Assembly (NCBI GenBank): GCA_020063565.1
Contig: JAICDB010000001.1
Coordinates: 33,056-97,055, forward strand
DNA: 64,000 nt
Source: Clostridiales bacterium
Lineage (GTDB): Bacteria > Bacillota > DSM-16504 > Desulfitibacterales > JAICDB01
Direction of reading: 5' to 3'
A model generated the notes under the pieces. The model had not been told where the DNA came from and did no database searches. It was given only the letters and a program-made list of their open reading frames with translations. The first letter of the stretch is position 1. Each line of letters opens with the position of its first letter. A program made the position numbers and the translations under genes. Below are positions 26,619 to 36,358 of the stretch, piece by piece.

Positions 26619-28388
26619 ATGTTTCAAAGTATTCGAGGTCGCATTTTATCAACCAATTTATTTTTAATTTTAACAGCTATGATTGTATTAGGAATTGCCT
26701 TAATTTGGCCGTTACAAAATTATTTTTTATCCAATTTGAAGGATGATATGGTTAATCGATCTCAATTGGTATCCCGTTTACTGGAACAAGAAGTAATTAA
26801 CGGTAATTATAGCAATGTTGATAAACAGGCCAAGCTAATAGGTGAAAAAATAAATACAAGAATAACCATTATACTACCCGATGGTAAAGTAATTGCAGAT
26901 TCTGAATCTAACCCTCAAGATATGGACAACCATAGTAACAGGCCGGAAATTAAAAAAGCCTTTTCCGGTGAAGTTGCCTCACGAAGCAGGTATAGTACGA
27001 CACTTGATACTGAAATGATGTATGTGGCACTTCCTATAAAAAAAGATGGTGAAATAGTAGCGGTTACGAGGTTAGCTTTGCCTTTAACCGAAATCGCTAA
27101 AATATTTTTTAGATTAAGAACTATCCTCATTACAGGAATATTAATTGCGGCAGCTATAGCAATCTTTTTAAGCATAAAATTAACTAGAGGCCTAACTGAA
27201 CCTATAGAAGCTATCAGTGACGGAACCCGTAAAATCGCTGCAGGAAACCTGGAGACTAAGGTTTATTCAGGTACAAACGATGAAATAGGTGAATTGGGAA
27301 AATACATCAACATTATGACAGCTACCCTTAGGGAAAAAATAGATGAAATTTCTCAACAAAAGAGTAGACTTGAAAATATTCTTAATACCATGGTCAGTGG
27401 TGTTATTGTCCTTGATTACCATGGAATGGTTAAAATAATAAACCCTGCAGCCGAAGAGATTTTTGGAATAAGTGGATTGATTTCTGAAGGGAAACATAAC
27501 CTGGAGGTAATAAGACATTATGGCCTCAATGAAAAGATAAAACAGTGTCTAAAGGAAGAAAAGACTATAGATTACGAATTTACTATATTTCACCCCGAAG
27601 AAAAAATCTTACAATGCTACCTTGCTCCAGTATACAGGGATAAAGAAATTGCAGGGGCTACCCTTGTTTTTCATGATATTACTACTTTAAGAAGGCTTGA
27701 AAAGATGAGGGCTGACTTTGTTGCTAATGCCTCTCATGAATTAAGAACTCCATTAACTGCCATAAAGGGTTACGCTGAGACTTTATTGGATGGAGCCCTA
27801 GAAGACGAAAAAATTAGCAGAAAGTTTGTTACTATCATCAATAAAGAAGCAGATAGGTTAATGAAATTAGTTGAAGAGCTCCTGACCTTATCTCGGGTTG
27901 AATCAAACGGTTCAGAAATTAATTTAGAATCGGTAGATATCCGGGCAGTTATAAAAGCGGTTTCTGAAGAAATGAAACAGAGGTTCTCAGATAAAAACAT
28001 TTCCCTCTCTTTGGGTTTGCCGGAAAAGCTGGCAGCGGTTAAAGCAAATTCTAACCGCATTAAGCAAGTAATGGTTAATTTGCTTGATAATGCCTTAAAA
28101 TATACTCCTGAAGGCGGAAGTGTAACAGTTAGGGCATATGAAGAAGATGAAGATGTTATGATTAGTGTGAAGGACACAGGTATTGGAATACCTCCCAAAG
28201 ATATTCCCAGGCTTTTTGAACGGTTTTATCGCGTCGATAAAGGGCGATCAAGGCAGCTAGGAGGTTTTGGTTTAGGGCTTTCAATCGTAAAGCACATTGT
28301 ACACTCTTTTGGCGGTGAAATTGGTGTAGAAAGTACCGTAAATGAAGGTAGTACTTTTTGGTTTAGATTACCAAAATATAGTAAATAA
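26619..28388 (+). CDS. phoR: Phosphate-sensing histidine kinase (TM, HAMP, PAS, HisKA, HATPase_c)
   Basis: H-box SHELRTPLTAIKGY, then LLDNALKYTP, DTGIGI and GGFGLGLSIV. ATG 26619 is preferred because GAGGAG lies at 26606-26611. Confidence 0.8.
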   Translation: MFQSIRGRILSTNLFLILTAMIVLGIALIWPLQNYFLSNLKDDMVNRSQLVSRLLEQEVINGNYSNVDKQAKLIGEKINTRITIILPDGKVIADSESNPQDMDNHSNRPEIKKAFSGEVASRSRYSTTLDTEMMYVALPIKKDGEIVAVTRLALPLTEIAKIFFRLRTILITGILIAAAIAIFLSIKLTRGLTEPIEAISDGTRKIAAGNLETKVYSGTNDEIGELGKYINIMTATLREKIDEISQQKSRLENILNTMVSGVIVLDYHGMVKIINPAAEEIFGISGLISEGKHNLEVIRHYGLNEKIKQCLKEEKTIDYEFTIFHPEEKILQCYLAPVYRDKEIAGATLVFHDITTLRRLEKMRADFVANASHELRTPLTAIKGYAETLLDGALEDEKISRKFVTIINKEADRLMKLVEELLTLSRVESNGSEINLESVDIRAVIKAVSEEMKQRFSDKNISLSLGLPEKLAAVKANSNRIKQVMVNLLDNALKYTPEGGSVTVRAYEEDEDVMISVKDTGIGIPPKDIPRLFERFYRVDKGRSRQLGGFGLGLSIVKHIVHSFGGEIGVESTVNEGSTFWFRLPKYSK

Positions 28389-28416
28389 CACCCAAAAAAG
28401 TTTTGGGTGTTTTTTC
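28388..28416 (+). terminator. Intrinsic terminator after phoR
   Basis: ACACCCAAAA / TTTTGGGTGT stem followed by TTTTT. Confidence 0.8.
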
Positions 28417-28455
28417 TTAACAAAATCTTAACATTAGATTAATTAAGTCATAACA
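28417..28455 (+). promoter_or_regulatory. Pho-box array (PhoP binding site) in front of pstB
   Basis: Four hexamers spaced 11 bp apart: TTAACA (28417), TTAACA (28428), TTAATT (28439), ATAACA (28450). They match the Bacillus-type TT(A/T/C)ACA-N5 repeat and are followed by a -10-like TATACA at 28463-28468. Confidence 0.7.
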
Positions 28456-28535
28456 CTGAAGCTATACACTGGAAATAGTCCCATCAACACTGGATGTATT
28501 GTTTTTAGACGGGTAGTTAATACGGAGGTGCCATA

Positions 28536-29291
28536 ATGAACAAAAAAATTGATGTACGAAATCTCGACTTATTTTATGGGAATTTTCAAGCTTTAAAAGA
28601 CATAAATATTGACATAAAAGAGAAGGACATTACTGCGTTAATTGGTCCTTCAGGCTGCGGAAAATCTACTTTTTTAAGGGTTTTAAACCGTATGAATGAT
28701 TTGATACCTGATGTCACTATAAAAGGTCAGGTACTTATGGATGGAAAAAATATTTATGATAAGCATATAGATGTGGTAGAATTAAGAAAAAAAGTAGGTA
28801 TGGTTTTTCAAAAGCCGAATCCATTTCCAATGAGTATCTATGATAATGTTGCTTATGGTCCCCGTATCCACGGTATAAAGGATAAAAAAAAGCTGGATGA
28901 GATAGTAGAACGTAGCTTAAAACAGGCAGCCTTATGGGACGAGGTTAAAGACAGATTAAATAGCGGAGCATTAGGGATTTCCGGTGGTCAACAGCAGAGA
29001 TTATGTATTGCAAGGGTACTGGCTGTTGAACCTGAAGTATTGTTAATGGATGAACCAACATCCGCACTAGATCCTATCTCTACATTAAGAGTAGAAGAAC
29101 TGGCCCAGGAACTGAAAAAGGATTACACAATTGTTATTGTAACCCATAATATGCAGCAGGCTGCAAGGATATCAGATCATACTGCATTTTTCTTAAATGG
29201 TGAAATGATAGAATTTGGTGAAACAGAGGTAATCTTTACTAAGCCCAAGAATAAGAAAACTGAAGACTACATTACAGGTAGGTTCGGCTAA
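28536..29291 (+). CDS. pstB: Phosphate ABC transporter ATP-binding protein
   Basis: 251-aa ORF with Walker [10 protein letters not shown], signature SGGQQQRL, Walker [12 protein letters not shown] and the PstB-typical N-terminus. Confidence 0.9.
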   Translation: MNKKIDVRNLDLFYGNFQALKDINIDIKEKDITALIGPSGCGKSTFLRVLNRMNDLIPDVTIKGQVLMDGKNIYDKHIDVVELRKKVGMVFQKPNPFPMSIYDNVAYGPRIHGIKDKKKLDEIVERSLKQAALWDEVKDRLNSGALGISGGQQQRLCIARVLAVEPEVLLMDEPTSALDPISTLRVEELAQELKKDYTIVIVTHNMQQAARISDHTAFFLNGEMIEFGETEVIFTKPKNKKTEDYITGRFG

Positions 29292-29306
29292 GGAAGGAGG
29301 TTAAAA

Positions 29307-29963
29307 ATGCCGCGTTTAAATTTTCATAACAGCCTTAAAGAATTACAACAACAAATTTTAGCCATGGGCGGACTAGTAGAAGAATCAATCGCAAATTCGA
29401 TTAAATCTCTCGCTGAGCAAAATGTAGAGTTGGCGCAAAAAGTTATAGACGGTGATGATAAAATAGATGAGCTGGAACTTGAAATAGAAGACCAATGCTT
29501 AAAATTAATTGCTACACAGCAGCCAATTGCAAAAGATTTACGAAAAATAGCAACAGGTTTAAAAATAATTTCAGATTTGGAACGGATGGCAGACCATGCA
29601 GTTGATATATCAAGGGTAGCAAAAAGATTGGCCGATGAACCATTGATTAAGCCATTAATAGATATACCCCGCATGGCGGATTTGGCTCAAAAAATGGTCA
29701 AGGACTCATTGGATGCTTATGTTAATGAAGATTTAGATACAGCACGCAGTCTAGCAAATGATGATGATCAGGTAGATCATTTACATTCTCAAATTTTCCG
29801 TGAACTTTTAACCTTTATGATGGAAGATCCTAAAACCATAAAACAGGCTACCCAGTTATTATTTGTTAGCAGGTATTTGGAGAGAATTGCCGATCTTTCC
29901 ACTAATATTGGAGAAGCGGTAATTTATTTGGTGACCGGAGAACGACAGGATTTGAATGATTAA
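29307..29963 (+). CDS. phoU: Phosphate signalling complex protein PhoU
   Basis: 218-aa ORF with two PhoU repeats (ERMADHAVDI and ERIADLSTNI). Confidence 0.9.
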   Translation: MPRLNFHNSLKELQQQILAMGGLVEESIANSIKSLAEQNVELAQKVIDGDDKIDELELEIEDQCLKLIATQQPIAKDLRKIATGLKIISDLERMADHAVDISRVAKRLADEPLIKPLIDIPRMADLAQKMVKDSLDAYVNEDLDTARSLANDDDQVDHLHSQIFRELLTFMMEDPKTIKQATQLLFVSRYLERIADLSTNIGEAVIYLVTGERQDLND

Positions 29964-29999
29964 ACTTGTGTAAAAATTTAATAGACAAGGAAGTGAATG

Positions 30000-30036
30000 C
30001 CCCGGTTAGACTCGTTGAACCGGGATTATTTTTTTA
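30000..30036 (+). terminator. Intrinsic terminator after phoU
   Basis: CCCGGTT / AACCGGG stem followed by ATTATTTTTTT. Confidence 0.6.
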
Positions 30037-30101
30037 AAAAATTCGTATATCCCCTTGGGTATATGTAAACTCTAATACAAACACCCAAGGGAGGTATAAT
30101 T

Positions 30102-30356
30102 ATGGATAAATGGTTTTGGGTTTTTCTTTCCCTTTTATTGTATACGGGGATTTGTTTTATTGGAGGTTTAAAAATAACAGTGGGATTAGGAATATTTTTC
30201 GGAGGAGCCGTAGCCTGGGCTATTATTATAAATGAATTTCTAGAAGTAAGTAACAAACGTAAAATAGAATATCTTAAGATGTTTACTTTAATTAAACCCA
30301 ATACCTTCAAAGCATTTACTCCTCTTCTGAAAAAATTGGAAGAAAAAGAGAAATAA
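30102..30356 (+). CDS. Small two-TM membrane protein, unknown function
   Basis: 84-aa ORF with a strong RBS (AAGGGAGG) 7 nt upstream. It has two hydrophobic helices and a K/E-rich tail. Confidence 0.55.
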   Translation: MDKWFWVFLSLLLYTGICFIGGLKITVGLGIFFGGAVAWAIIINEFLEVSNKRKIEYLKMFTLIKPNTFKAFTPLLKKLEEKEK

Positions 30357-30510
30357 AGGTAGAATAAAAGCGATGCAACGAAATGTAGTTGCTGAAACAG
30401 GTATGGATTGAAGAAAGTTTTCAAGAGCTGGATGAAAATTCTCGAAAGGGTTCTACAAGAAGAATCCTGTTGAAGTATCTCAAGAAGATATGGAGGTAAT
30501 GCTGAAAAGA

Positions 30511-30535
30511 AATCCCCCACTTCAAATGGGGGATT
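30511..30535 (-). terminator. Hairpin terminator after the hydrogenase-like gene
   Basis: AATCCCCCA / TGGGGGATT stem; on the minus strand it is followed by TCTTTT. Confidence 0.6.
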
Positions 30536-30541
30536 GAAAAG

Positions 30542-32050
30542 TTATTTGTAATTTCTGTGGACTTTAAAATCATTCTGCAGTTTCTTCGCATTTTCTATAG
30601 TATCTGTTTTAGCGCTTTTACCGTATTTATCAACAAGCACCCTGGCTTTATTTGGCCTTACCAGTACGGCTGGACCGCCCACACATCCTTCCTGACACGC
30701 CATTCCTTCAATAAAGTTTCCTTCAAACTTACCGGCCTTTAAAGCTTTCAAAGCTTTGATGCATTCATCAATTCCGTTACATATTACAGGTTTTATATCT
30801 AATTCAGCATTTAATTCTTTAACCGTATTTACAATTGCCTGTGTAACGCCTCCGCTTCTGGCAAAACATCTTCCAAGCTCACTTGCGTTTTCTTCTTCAG
30901 AGTCTTCACAGTCCTGAGGATTTATTTCTGCCCCTTCCAGCATGGCGCAGATTTCTTCAAATGTCAGCACGTGATCTATTGAGCCGGCTAATTCTTCATC
31001 TATAATTTCTTCTTTTTTAGCTATACACGGCCCGATAAAGACAACTTTTTTATCGGGACAATCATTTTTAAGTTTTCTTCCCAGTGCCACCATGGGAGAA
31101 ACTATTGTTGATAAATTTGCTACTAGCTCAGGGTAGTTTTTACGTACCAGGTTTACAAAGGCAGGACAGCAGGAACTCATCATGAAATCTGCTTCATTAT
31201 CTTTAGTTTTTTCTATAAATTCCATAGCCTCGTTATAAGCAACCAAATCGGCGCCTGCAGCAACCTCGTAAACTTCTGAAAAGCCCAGTTTCTTTAAAGC
31301 ATTTTTAATTTGAGCAGGACTAACTTTCGCACCAAATTGGCCGGCAAAGGCGGGAGCAATTATTGCTGTAATATTTTTACCGCTTGTTAATTCCTCTAGA
31401 ACGTTTATAAGGCTTGATTTTGAAGTTATTGCACCAAAGGGACATGCATTAACACAAGCTCCGCAGCTTATGCATTTTTCGTAATCTATAGTAGCTTTTC
31501 TGTCTTCGCTTATTGATACTGCACTTACGGGACATACTCCCCTGCAGGGGCGCATAACATCAGAAATGGCGTTATAAGGACAAACATTTTTACATTTTCC
31601 GCATTCTATACACAGTTTTTGATTAATGTAGGCCTGTCTGCCGATAAAGCTAATGGCACCTTTCGGACATGCCTCCATACACTTGTGGGCAACACAGCCC
31701 CTACATGCTTCGGTGACTGTGAAACGGTTTATGGGACATTCATCGCAGGCCACATCTATCACCTGAACAATAGGGCCTTCTAAATTATTACTGCTATGTT
31801 TATAGTCATCTCCCAACCTTGAATGTTGATCTCCGGTTGTGGGTTCTATACCCATTGCAAGCCTGATTCTTTCAGTTATTACAGCTCTTTCTTTATATAC
31901 ACAGCAGCGGTGCCTTGCTTTATTTCCTTTAATTATAAGGTGCGGCAAGTCGTTTATTTGATCTTTAAACTTACCTTTAATAAATAAGCGAGTTATTTCC
32001 CTGGTCACCTCGTGGTTTATTTTTTGGACTTCTGTTTCAAATTTACGCAT
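30542..32050 (-). CDS. [FeFe]-hydrogenase-like protein (multiple N-terminal 4Fe-4S motifs plus H-cluster-type domain with variant motifs)
   Basis: 502-aa ORF with several CxxCxxCxxxCP ferredoxin motifs (CIECGKCKNVCP, CISCGACVNACP). H-cluster-like motifs are SSCCPAF (L1), GPCIAKKEE (L2) and EGMACQEGCVGGP (L3). Confidence 0.7.
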   Translation of the reverse strand: MRKFETEVQKINHEVTREITRLFIKGKFKDQINDLPHLIIKGNKARHRCCVYKERAVITERIRLAMGIEPTTGDQHSRLGDDYKHSSNNLEGPIVQVIDVACDECPINRFTVTEACRGCVAHKCMEACPKGAISFIGRQAYINQKLCIECGKCKNVCPYNAISDVMRPCRGVCPVSAVSISEDRKATIDYEKCISCGACVNACPFGAITSKSSLINVLEELTSGKNITAIIAPAFAGQFGAKVSPAQIKNALKKLGFSEVYEVAAGADLVAYNEAMEFIEKTKDNEADFMMSSCCPAFVNLVRKNYPELVANLSTIVSPMVALGRKLKNDCPDKKVVFIGPCIAKKEEIIDEELAGSIDHVLTFEEICAMLEGAEINPQDCEDSEEENASELGRCFARSGGVTQAIVNTVKELNAELDIKPVICNGIDECIKALKALKAGKFEGNFIEGMACQEGCVGGPAVLVRPNKARVLVDKYGKSAKTDTIENAKKLQNDFKVHRNYK

Positions 32051-32441
32051 ATACTACACCTCCCTTGAGAACAGCTCTAAGAATAACATATACCAATATT
32101 AAATTTCAATAGAAAAATTAGGTACAAAGTAAAATTCCTGGCTCCTTGAATAGAACCATGGTTAATAGTATTACTTTAATTTATTATTCTCCGTCAGTTC
32201 CGGGCAAATTTTATCAACGTTATGGCAGCAGTCATTTCCCTAATCTCATATGAGGGCCCCTCGTCCTTTTTCAAATAATATATGTATAAAATTTCTTTTA
32301 GGTTAATATATCTTTGAAGGCAAAATGCTTTTATTCTCTTTTTTATAGGATATGTTTTGTAGTTAGTAACTGCGCAAGCCACCGTGCAATATTATTTCGG
32401 ATTTGATAAACTGGTAATGGGAAGGAGGGTGTAGTTCTGTA

Positions 32442-34187
32442 ATGAAAGAATTTATGACCTTAAAACCATTTTTCCAGGATAACAAGTTAAGCTATGCCAT
32501 CGGGGCCACATGGCTTGTAATCACAGATCTTTTACAGCTTGTAATTCCTAAATTGCTTGGCATAATTACAGATAGCATAGAAAAGTCTGCATCTCCCAAA
32601 GTCCTTTTTAAATATGCACTTTTAATTTTGATTATTGCTTTGGCAACTGCCTTTTCGCGTTATTTCTGGAGAATTTATGTTTTGGGCACGGCACGTAGAC
32701 TGGAATACTTTTTACGAAACAAGCTATTTTCACATCTCCAGACATTAGATCCCAAATTTTATGATAATCATAAAACCGGAGATTTAATGGCTTTGGCCAC
32801 AAACGATATAGGCGCCATCCGGATGACATTTGCAGGTGGACTTATAATGACTGTTGATGCATTATTTATAACAGTGTTTGCAGTAATAATTATGTTAACC
32901 ACCATTAACGTAAAGTTGACTTTGATTGCTCTTTTACCAATGCCTTTGATAGCTTTAATTGTTACCAGGTTTAACAGGGTCGTACATAACCGTTTTAAAA
33001 AGGTGCAAAAAGCCTTTGCTTCGCTAACCGATATGATGCATGAAAATGTTTCTGCTGTGAGGGTTATTAAGACTTTTGTTCAGGAAAAAAATCAAGTCAA
33101 AAAGTTTAATAGCTACAGTCAAAAAGTTGTGGATACGAATTTACATTTAGTTAGAGTTACGGGTATTTTTTACCCGCTGGTTCAATACCTGTCGGCATTA
33201 AGTTTATTAATAGTTTTGGGTTATGGGAGCGTTTTAGTTATAATCGGGGAAATCTCCTTAGGGGATTTCATATCATTTAACGGTTATCTTGCAATGCTCA
33301 CCTGGCCGATGATGGCTATGGGATGGGTTATAAATATTGTCCAGCGTGGCGCCGCTTCAATGTCCAGGATTAATGATATTTTAAATGAGAAACCCGAAAT
33401 TTATGAATACCCGGAAGCAGATCAAAATATTAAAGAGTTAAAGGGAAAAATTGAATTTTGCAACCTAAATTTTTCCTATGATCATAAAAATTTAGTACTT
33501 AAAAATTTTTCACTAACTATAAACCCTGGAGAAACAGTTGCAATTTTGGGGCGAACCGGAAGCGGAAAGTCAACTATTGTTGATGTTATTCTTAGGCTGT
33601 ATGATGTGGGCAGGGGAGAACTATTTATTGATGACCGCGAAATTCATGAAATTCCTTTAAAAACATTAAGGAAGAATATAGGCTATGTTCCCCAGGACAG
33701 CTTTTTATTTTCCACTACAATAGAAGAAAATATTGCCCTGGCAGATAACTATGTATCTCGAGAAAAAATCATAGCTGCTGCAAAGGTTGCCGGTATATAT
33801 GAGGAGATAGTCGATATGCCGGATGGGTTCGAGACAGTTGTTGGCGAGCGGGGAATTACGCTTTCGGGTGGTCAAAAACAAAGAATTGCCATAGCAAGGG
33901 CTGTAATTAAAGATCCACCAATTTTAATACTTGACGATAGTTTATCTGCAGTTGATACAAATACTGAAGAGAAAATACTAAAAGAACTGGCAAGAATCAG
34001 AAAAAACCGCACTACAATTATAATTTCTAACCGCATATCTACCATTAAAGATGCTGATAAGATAGTTGTTTTAGAGGGAGGACAAATAGTACAGGAAGGA
34101 ATTCATCAAGAACTGCTGGATAACAAGAAAGGTCAATATTATCGTCTTTATCAAAAGCAGCTTTTAGAAGATGAAAATTCAGCTTAG
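32442..34187 (+). CDS. ABC exporter, fused permease/ATPase (heterodimer partner 1)
   Basis: 581-aa ORF with six TM helices, then Walker A GRTGSGKST, signature LSGGQKQR and Walker B LILDDSLSAVD. Confidence 0.85.
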   Translation: MKEFMTLKPFFQDNKLSYAIGATWLVITDLLQLVIPKLLGIITDSIEKSASPKVLFKYALLILIIALATAFSRYFWRIYVLGTARRLEYFLRNKLFSHLQTLDPKFYDNHKTGDLMALATNDIGAIRMTFAGGLIMTVDALFITVFAVIIMLTTINVKLTLIALLPMPLIALIVTRFNRVVHNRFKKVQKAFASLTDMMHENVSAVRVIKTFVQEKNQVKKFNSYSQKVVDTNLHLVRVTGIFYPLVQYLSALSLLIVLGYGSVLVIIGEISLGDFISFNGYLAMLTWPMMAMGWVINIVQRGAASMSRINDILNEKPEIYEYPEADQNIKELKGKIEFCNLNFSYDHKNLVLKNFSLTINPGETVAILGRTGSGKSTIVDVILRLYDVGRGELFIDDREIHEIPLKTLRKNIGYVPQDSFLFSTTIEENIALADNYVSREKIIAAAKVAGIYEEIVDMPDGFETVVGERGITLSGGQKQRIAIARAVIKDPPILILDDSLSAVDTNTEEKILKELARIRKNRTTIIISNRISTIKDADKIVVLEGGQIVQEGIHQELLDNKKGQYYRLYQKQLLEDENSA

Positions 34188-36259
34188 TGGGTGATATTTT
34201 GAGTAAAAATAGATCTTTTCAAGAAAAAGAGATAGAGGGAAAAGTTTATGACTTGCAACTACTAAGAAGAATACTGTCATATGCCAAACCGTACTGGCTG
34301 TTGATTGTAATTTCCGTAATACTTGTTTTCATTATAACAGCCGTAGATTTGGCCAGGCCCTATTTAATTAAAATTGCAATTGATGAACATATTAAAGGTT
34401 ATACTGCTCCCATGGTTTCCTTTTTACCTGAAGAATCCCCTGTCAAGGGAGTTCATTATAAAGGTAGAATTTATGTGAGGGAGACGGAGCTTTCACAAGA
34501 ATTTCCAGAAAAAGCTAGATTCCAGTTAATAAAGTACCAGGGAAAATACTTCCTGATTCAGGGAGTGATAAACCCTGATAAAGATTATGGAGTTATGGAG
34601 AAAAACGGGCAAACCTTTCTAAAACAAGGAAAATCTATTTATCAGGCAAGGCCCCTTTCTAGAAGTGAAGCGCGTATCTTTAGGGAAAAAGATATAAAAG
34701 ATGTTACCAGACTGGGGTTAATATATTTTGTAATAGTTACGGCAGCTTTATTTATTAATTATGGCCAAAATTACCTTCTACAATTTACAAGTCAAAAAAT
34801 TGTTTACGACCTCAGGGAAGACGTTTTTACCCACCTGCAAAAATTATCCCTTGCTTTTTTTGATAAAAATCCCGTGGGCAGGCTTGTAACGAGGGTAACG
34901 AACGATACTGCTACTCTTAATGAACTATTTACTGAAGTTTTAATCAATATGGTGAAGGATTTCTTTATAGTCCTGGGAATCATAATTATCATGCTCAAAT
35001 TGAATTGGAAGCTTGCTATAATCAGTTATATTTCTATCCCTCTGACTTTATTGTCAACTTATATCTATAAAAAGGTAGCCCAGGATGCATACAGAAAGGT
35101 ACGGGTTAAACTGGCTGAGTTAAACTCTACTTTACAGGAAAATATCTCCGGTATGCGCATAGTTCAGATTTTCGGCCAGCAGTACAATAAATTTAAGGAG
35201 TTTGATAGTATAAATTTACAAAATCTGCAGGCAGAAATCAAAGCCTTAAAAGCAGAGGCTTTTTTCAGACCTTCCATGGATCTCATTTATTCTTTTGTAC
35301 TTGCCTTGCTGGTCTGGTATGGGGGAAGGGACGTTCTACAAGGGACTATCCAATTTGGGGTATTGTATGCATTTATAAATTATACTGAAAAATTGTTTAG
35401 ACCCATCAATGATATGACGCAAAAATTTACCCTCATGCAAAATGCTGTGGTTGCATCAGAAAGGATTTTTATGCTCTTGGATGAAGAAGAAACCATCACA
35501 GATCCGCTGCACCCTAAGAAATTTGCTGACTTTAAAGGAGAAATTGTCTTTAAGGATGTTTGGTTTGCCTATGAAGATGAAGAATGGGTTTTAAAGGATG
35601 TCAGCTTTGAGATTAAACCGGGAGAGACTGTGGCATTTGTAGGGCCTACAGGTTCAGGAAAGACAACAATTACAAACTTAATTACCAGGCTTTATAATAT
35701 TCAAAAGGGTGAAATTTTAATTGATGGCATAAATATTAAGGATTTAAAGCAGAATGATATTAGAAAAATGGTAGCCGTTGTGATGCAGGATGTTTTTCTC
35801 TTCTCTGGAAATATTTTGTCAAATATAACGCTGGATTCACCTGAAATAAGTGAAGAAAAGGCAAAAAAAGCTGCAAGATACGTTAATGCAGAAGAGTTTA
35901 TTAAGAAATTACCAGGCGGATATTATTACGAGGTTAAAGAACGTGGCGCCACACTTTCGGCCGGGCAAAGGCAACTGATAGCATTTGCAAGGGCCCTGGC
36001 ATTTGATCCCAAGGTACTGATTTTAGATGAGGCCACTGCAAGCATCGATACCCAGTCTGAAATTTTAATACAGGATGCATTAAATAAATTAACTGCTTAT
36101 AGAACAACAATTGTAATTGCCCACAGGCTTTCAACAATTAAAAATGCAGATAAAATAATAGTTCTTCATAAAGGAAGAATAAAAGAGATGGGAACACACC
36201 ATGAGCTACTAGCTGAAAGGGGAATGTATTACAGGCTTTACAAGCTGCAATGGACATAA
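34187..36259 (+). CDS. ABC exporter, fused permease/ATPase (heterodimer partner 2) with a ~100-aa insertion between TM1 and TM2
   Basis: 690-aa ORF with Walker A GPTGSGKTT, signature LSAGQRQL and Walker B LILDEATASID. Its start overlaps the partner's stop. The sizes (581/690 aa) recall YheI/YheH-type pairs. Confidence 0.85.
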   Translation: MGDILSKNRSFQEKEIEGKVYDLQLLRRILSYAKPYWLLIVISVILVFIITAVDLARPYLIKIAIDEHIKGYTAPMVSFLPEESPVKGVHYKGRIYVRETELSQEFPEKARFQLIKYQGKYFLIQGVINPDKDYGVMEKNGQTFLKQGKSIYQARPLSRSEARIFREKDIKDVTRLGLIYFVIVTAALFINYGQNYLLQFTSQKIVYDLREDVFTHLQKLSLAFFDKNPVGRLVTRVTNDTATLNELFTEVLINMVKDFFIVLGIIIIMLKLNWKLAIISYISIPLTLLSTYIYKKVAQDAYRKVRVKLAELNSTLQENISGMRIVQIFGQQYNKFKEFDSINLQNLQAEIKALKAEAFFRPSMDLIYSFVLALLVWYGGRDVLQGTIQFGVLYAFINYTEKLFRPINDMTQKFTLMQNAVVASERIFMLLDEEETITDPLHPKKFADFKGEIVFKDVWFAYEDEEWVLKDVSFEIKPGETVAFVGPTGSGKTTITNLITRLYNIQKGEILIDGINIKDLKQNDIRKMVAVVMQDVFLFSGNILSNITLDSPEISEEKAKKAARYVNAEEFIKKLPGGYYYEVKERGATLSAGQRQLIAFARALAFDPKVLILDEATASIDTQSEILIQDALNKLTAYRTTIVIAHRLSTIKNADKIIVLHKGRIKEMGTHHELLAERGMYYRLYKLQWT

Positions 36260-36310
36260 ATTTTTTTTAGTATTGATTAAATTCGCTGCTGATACTAAAA
36301 TTATAGATAA

Positions 36311-36337
36311 CAAATATATAATATTGCAAACTTACAA
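36311..36337 (+). promoter_or_regulatory. Promoter/operator element upstream of yihQ, shared with the pfk-operon leader
   Basis: CAAATATATAATATTGCAAACTTACAA contains a TATAAT (36317-36322). It shares 18 of 19 nt with 43114-43132, and AATATTGCAAA.TTACAAA with 43251-43269. Confidence 0.55.
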
Positions 36338-36358
36338 AAAATTGTCAGGGGGTCCAAA

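Noticed and set aside
30026-30520. 164-aa minus-strand ORF in the track.
   Set aside because: It is antisense to a small plus-strand ORF that has a strong RBS. It spans two terminators, has no RBS of its own, and its composition looks non-coding.
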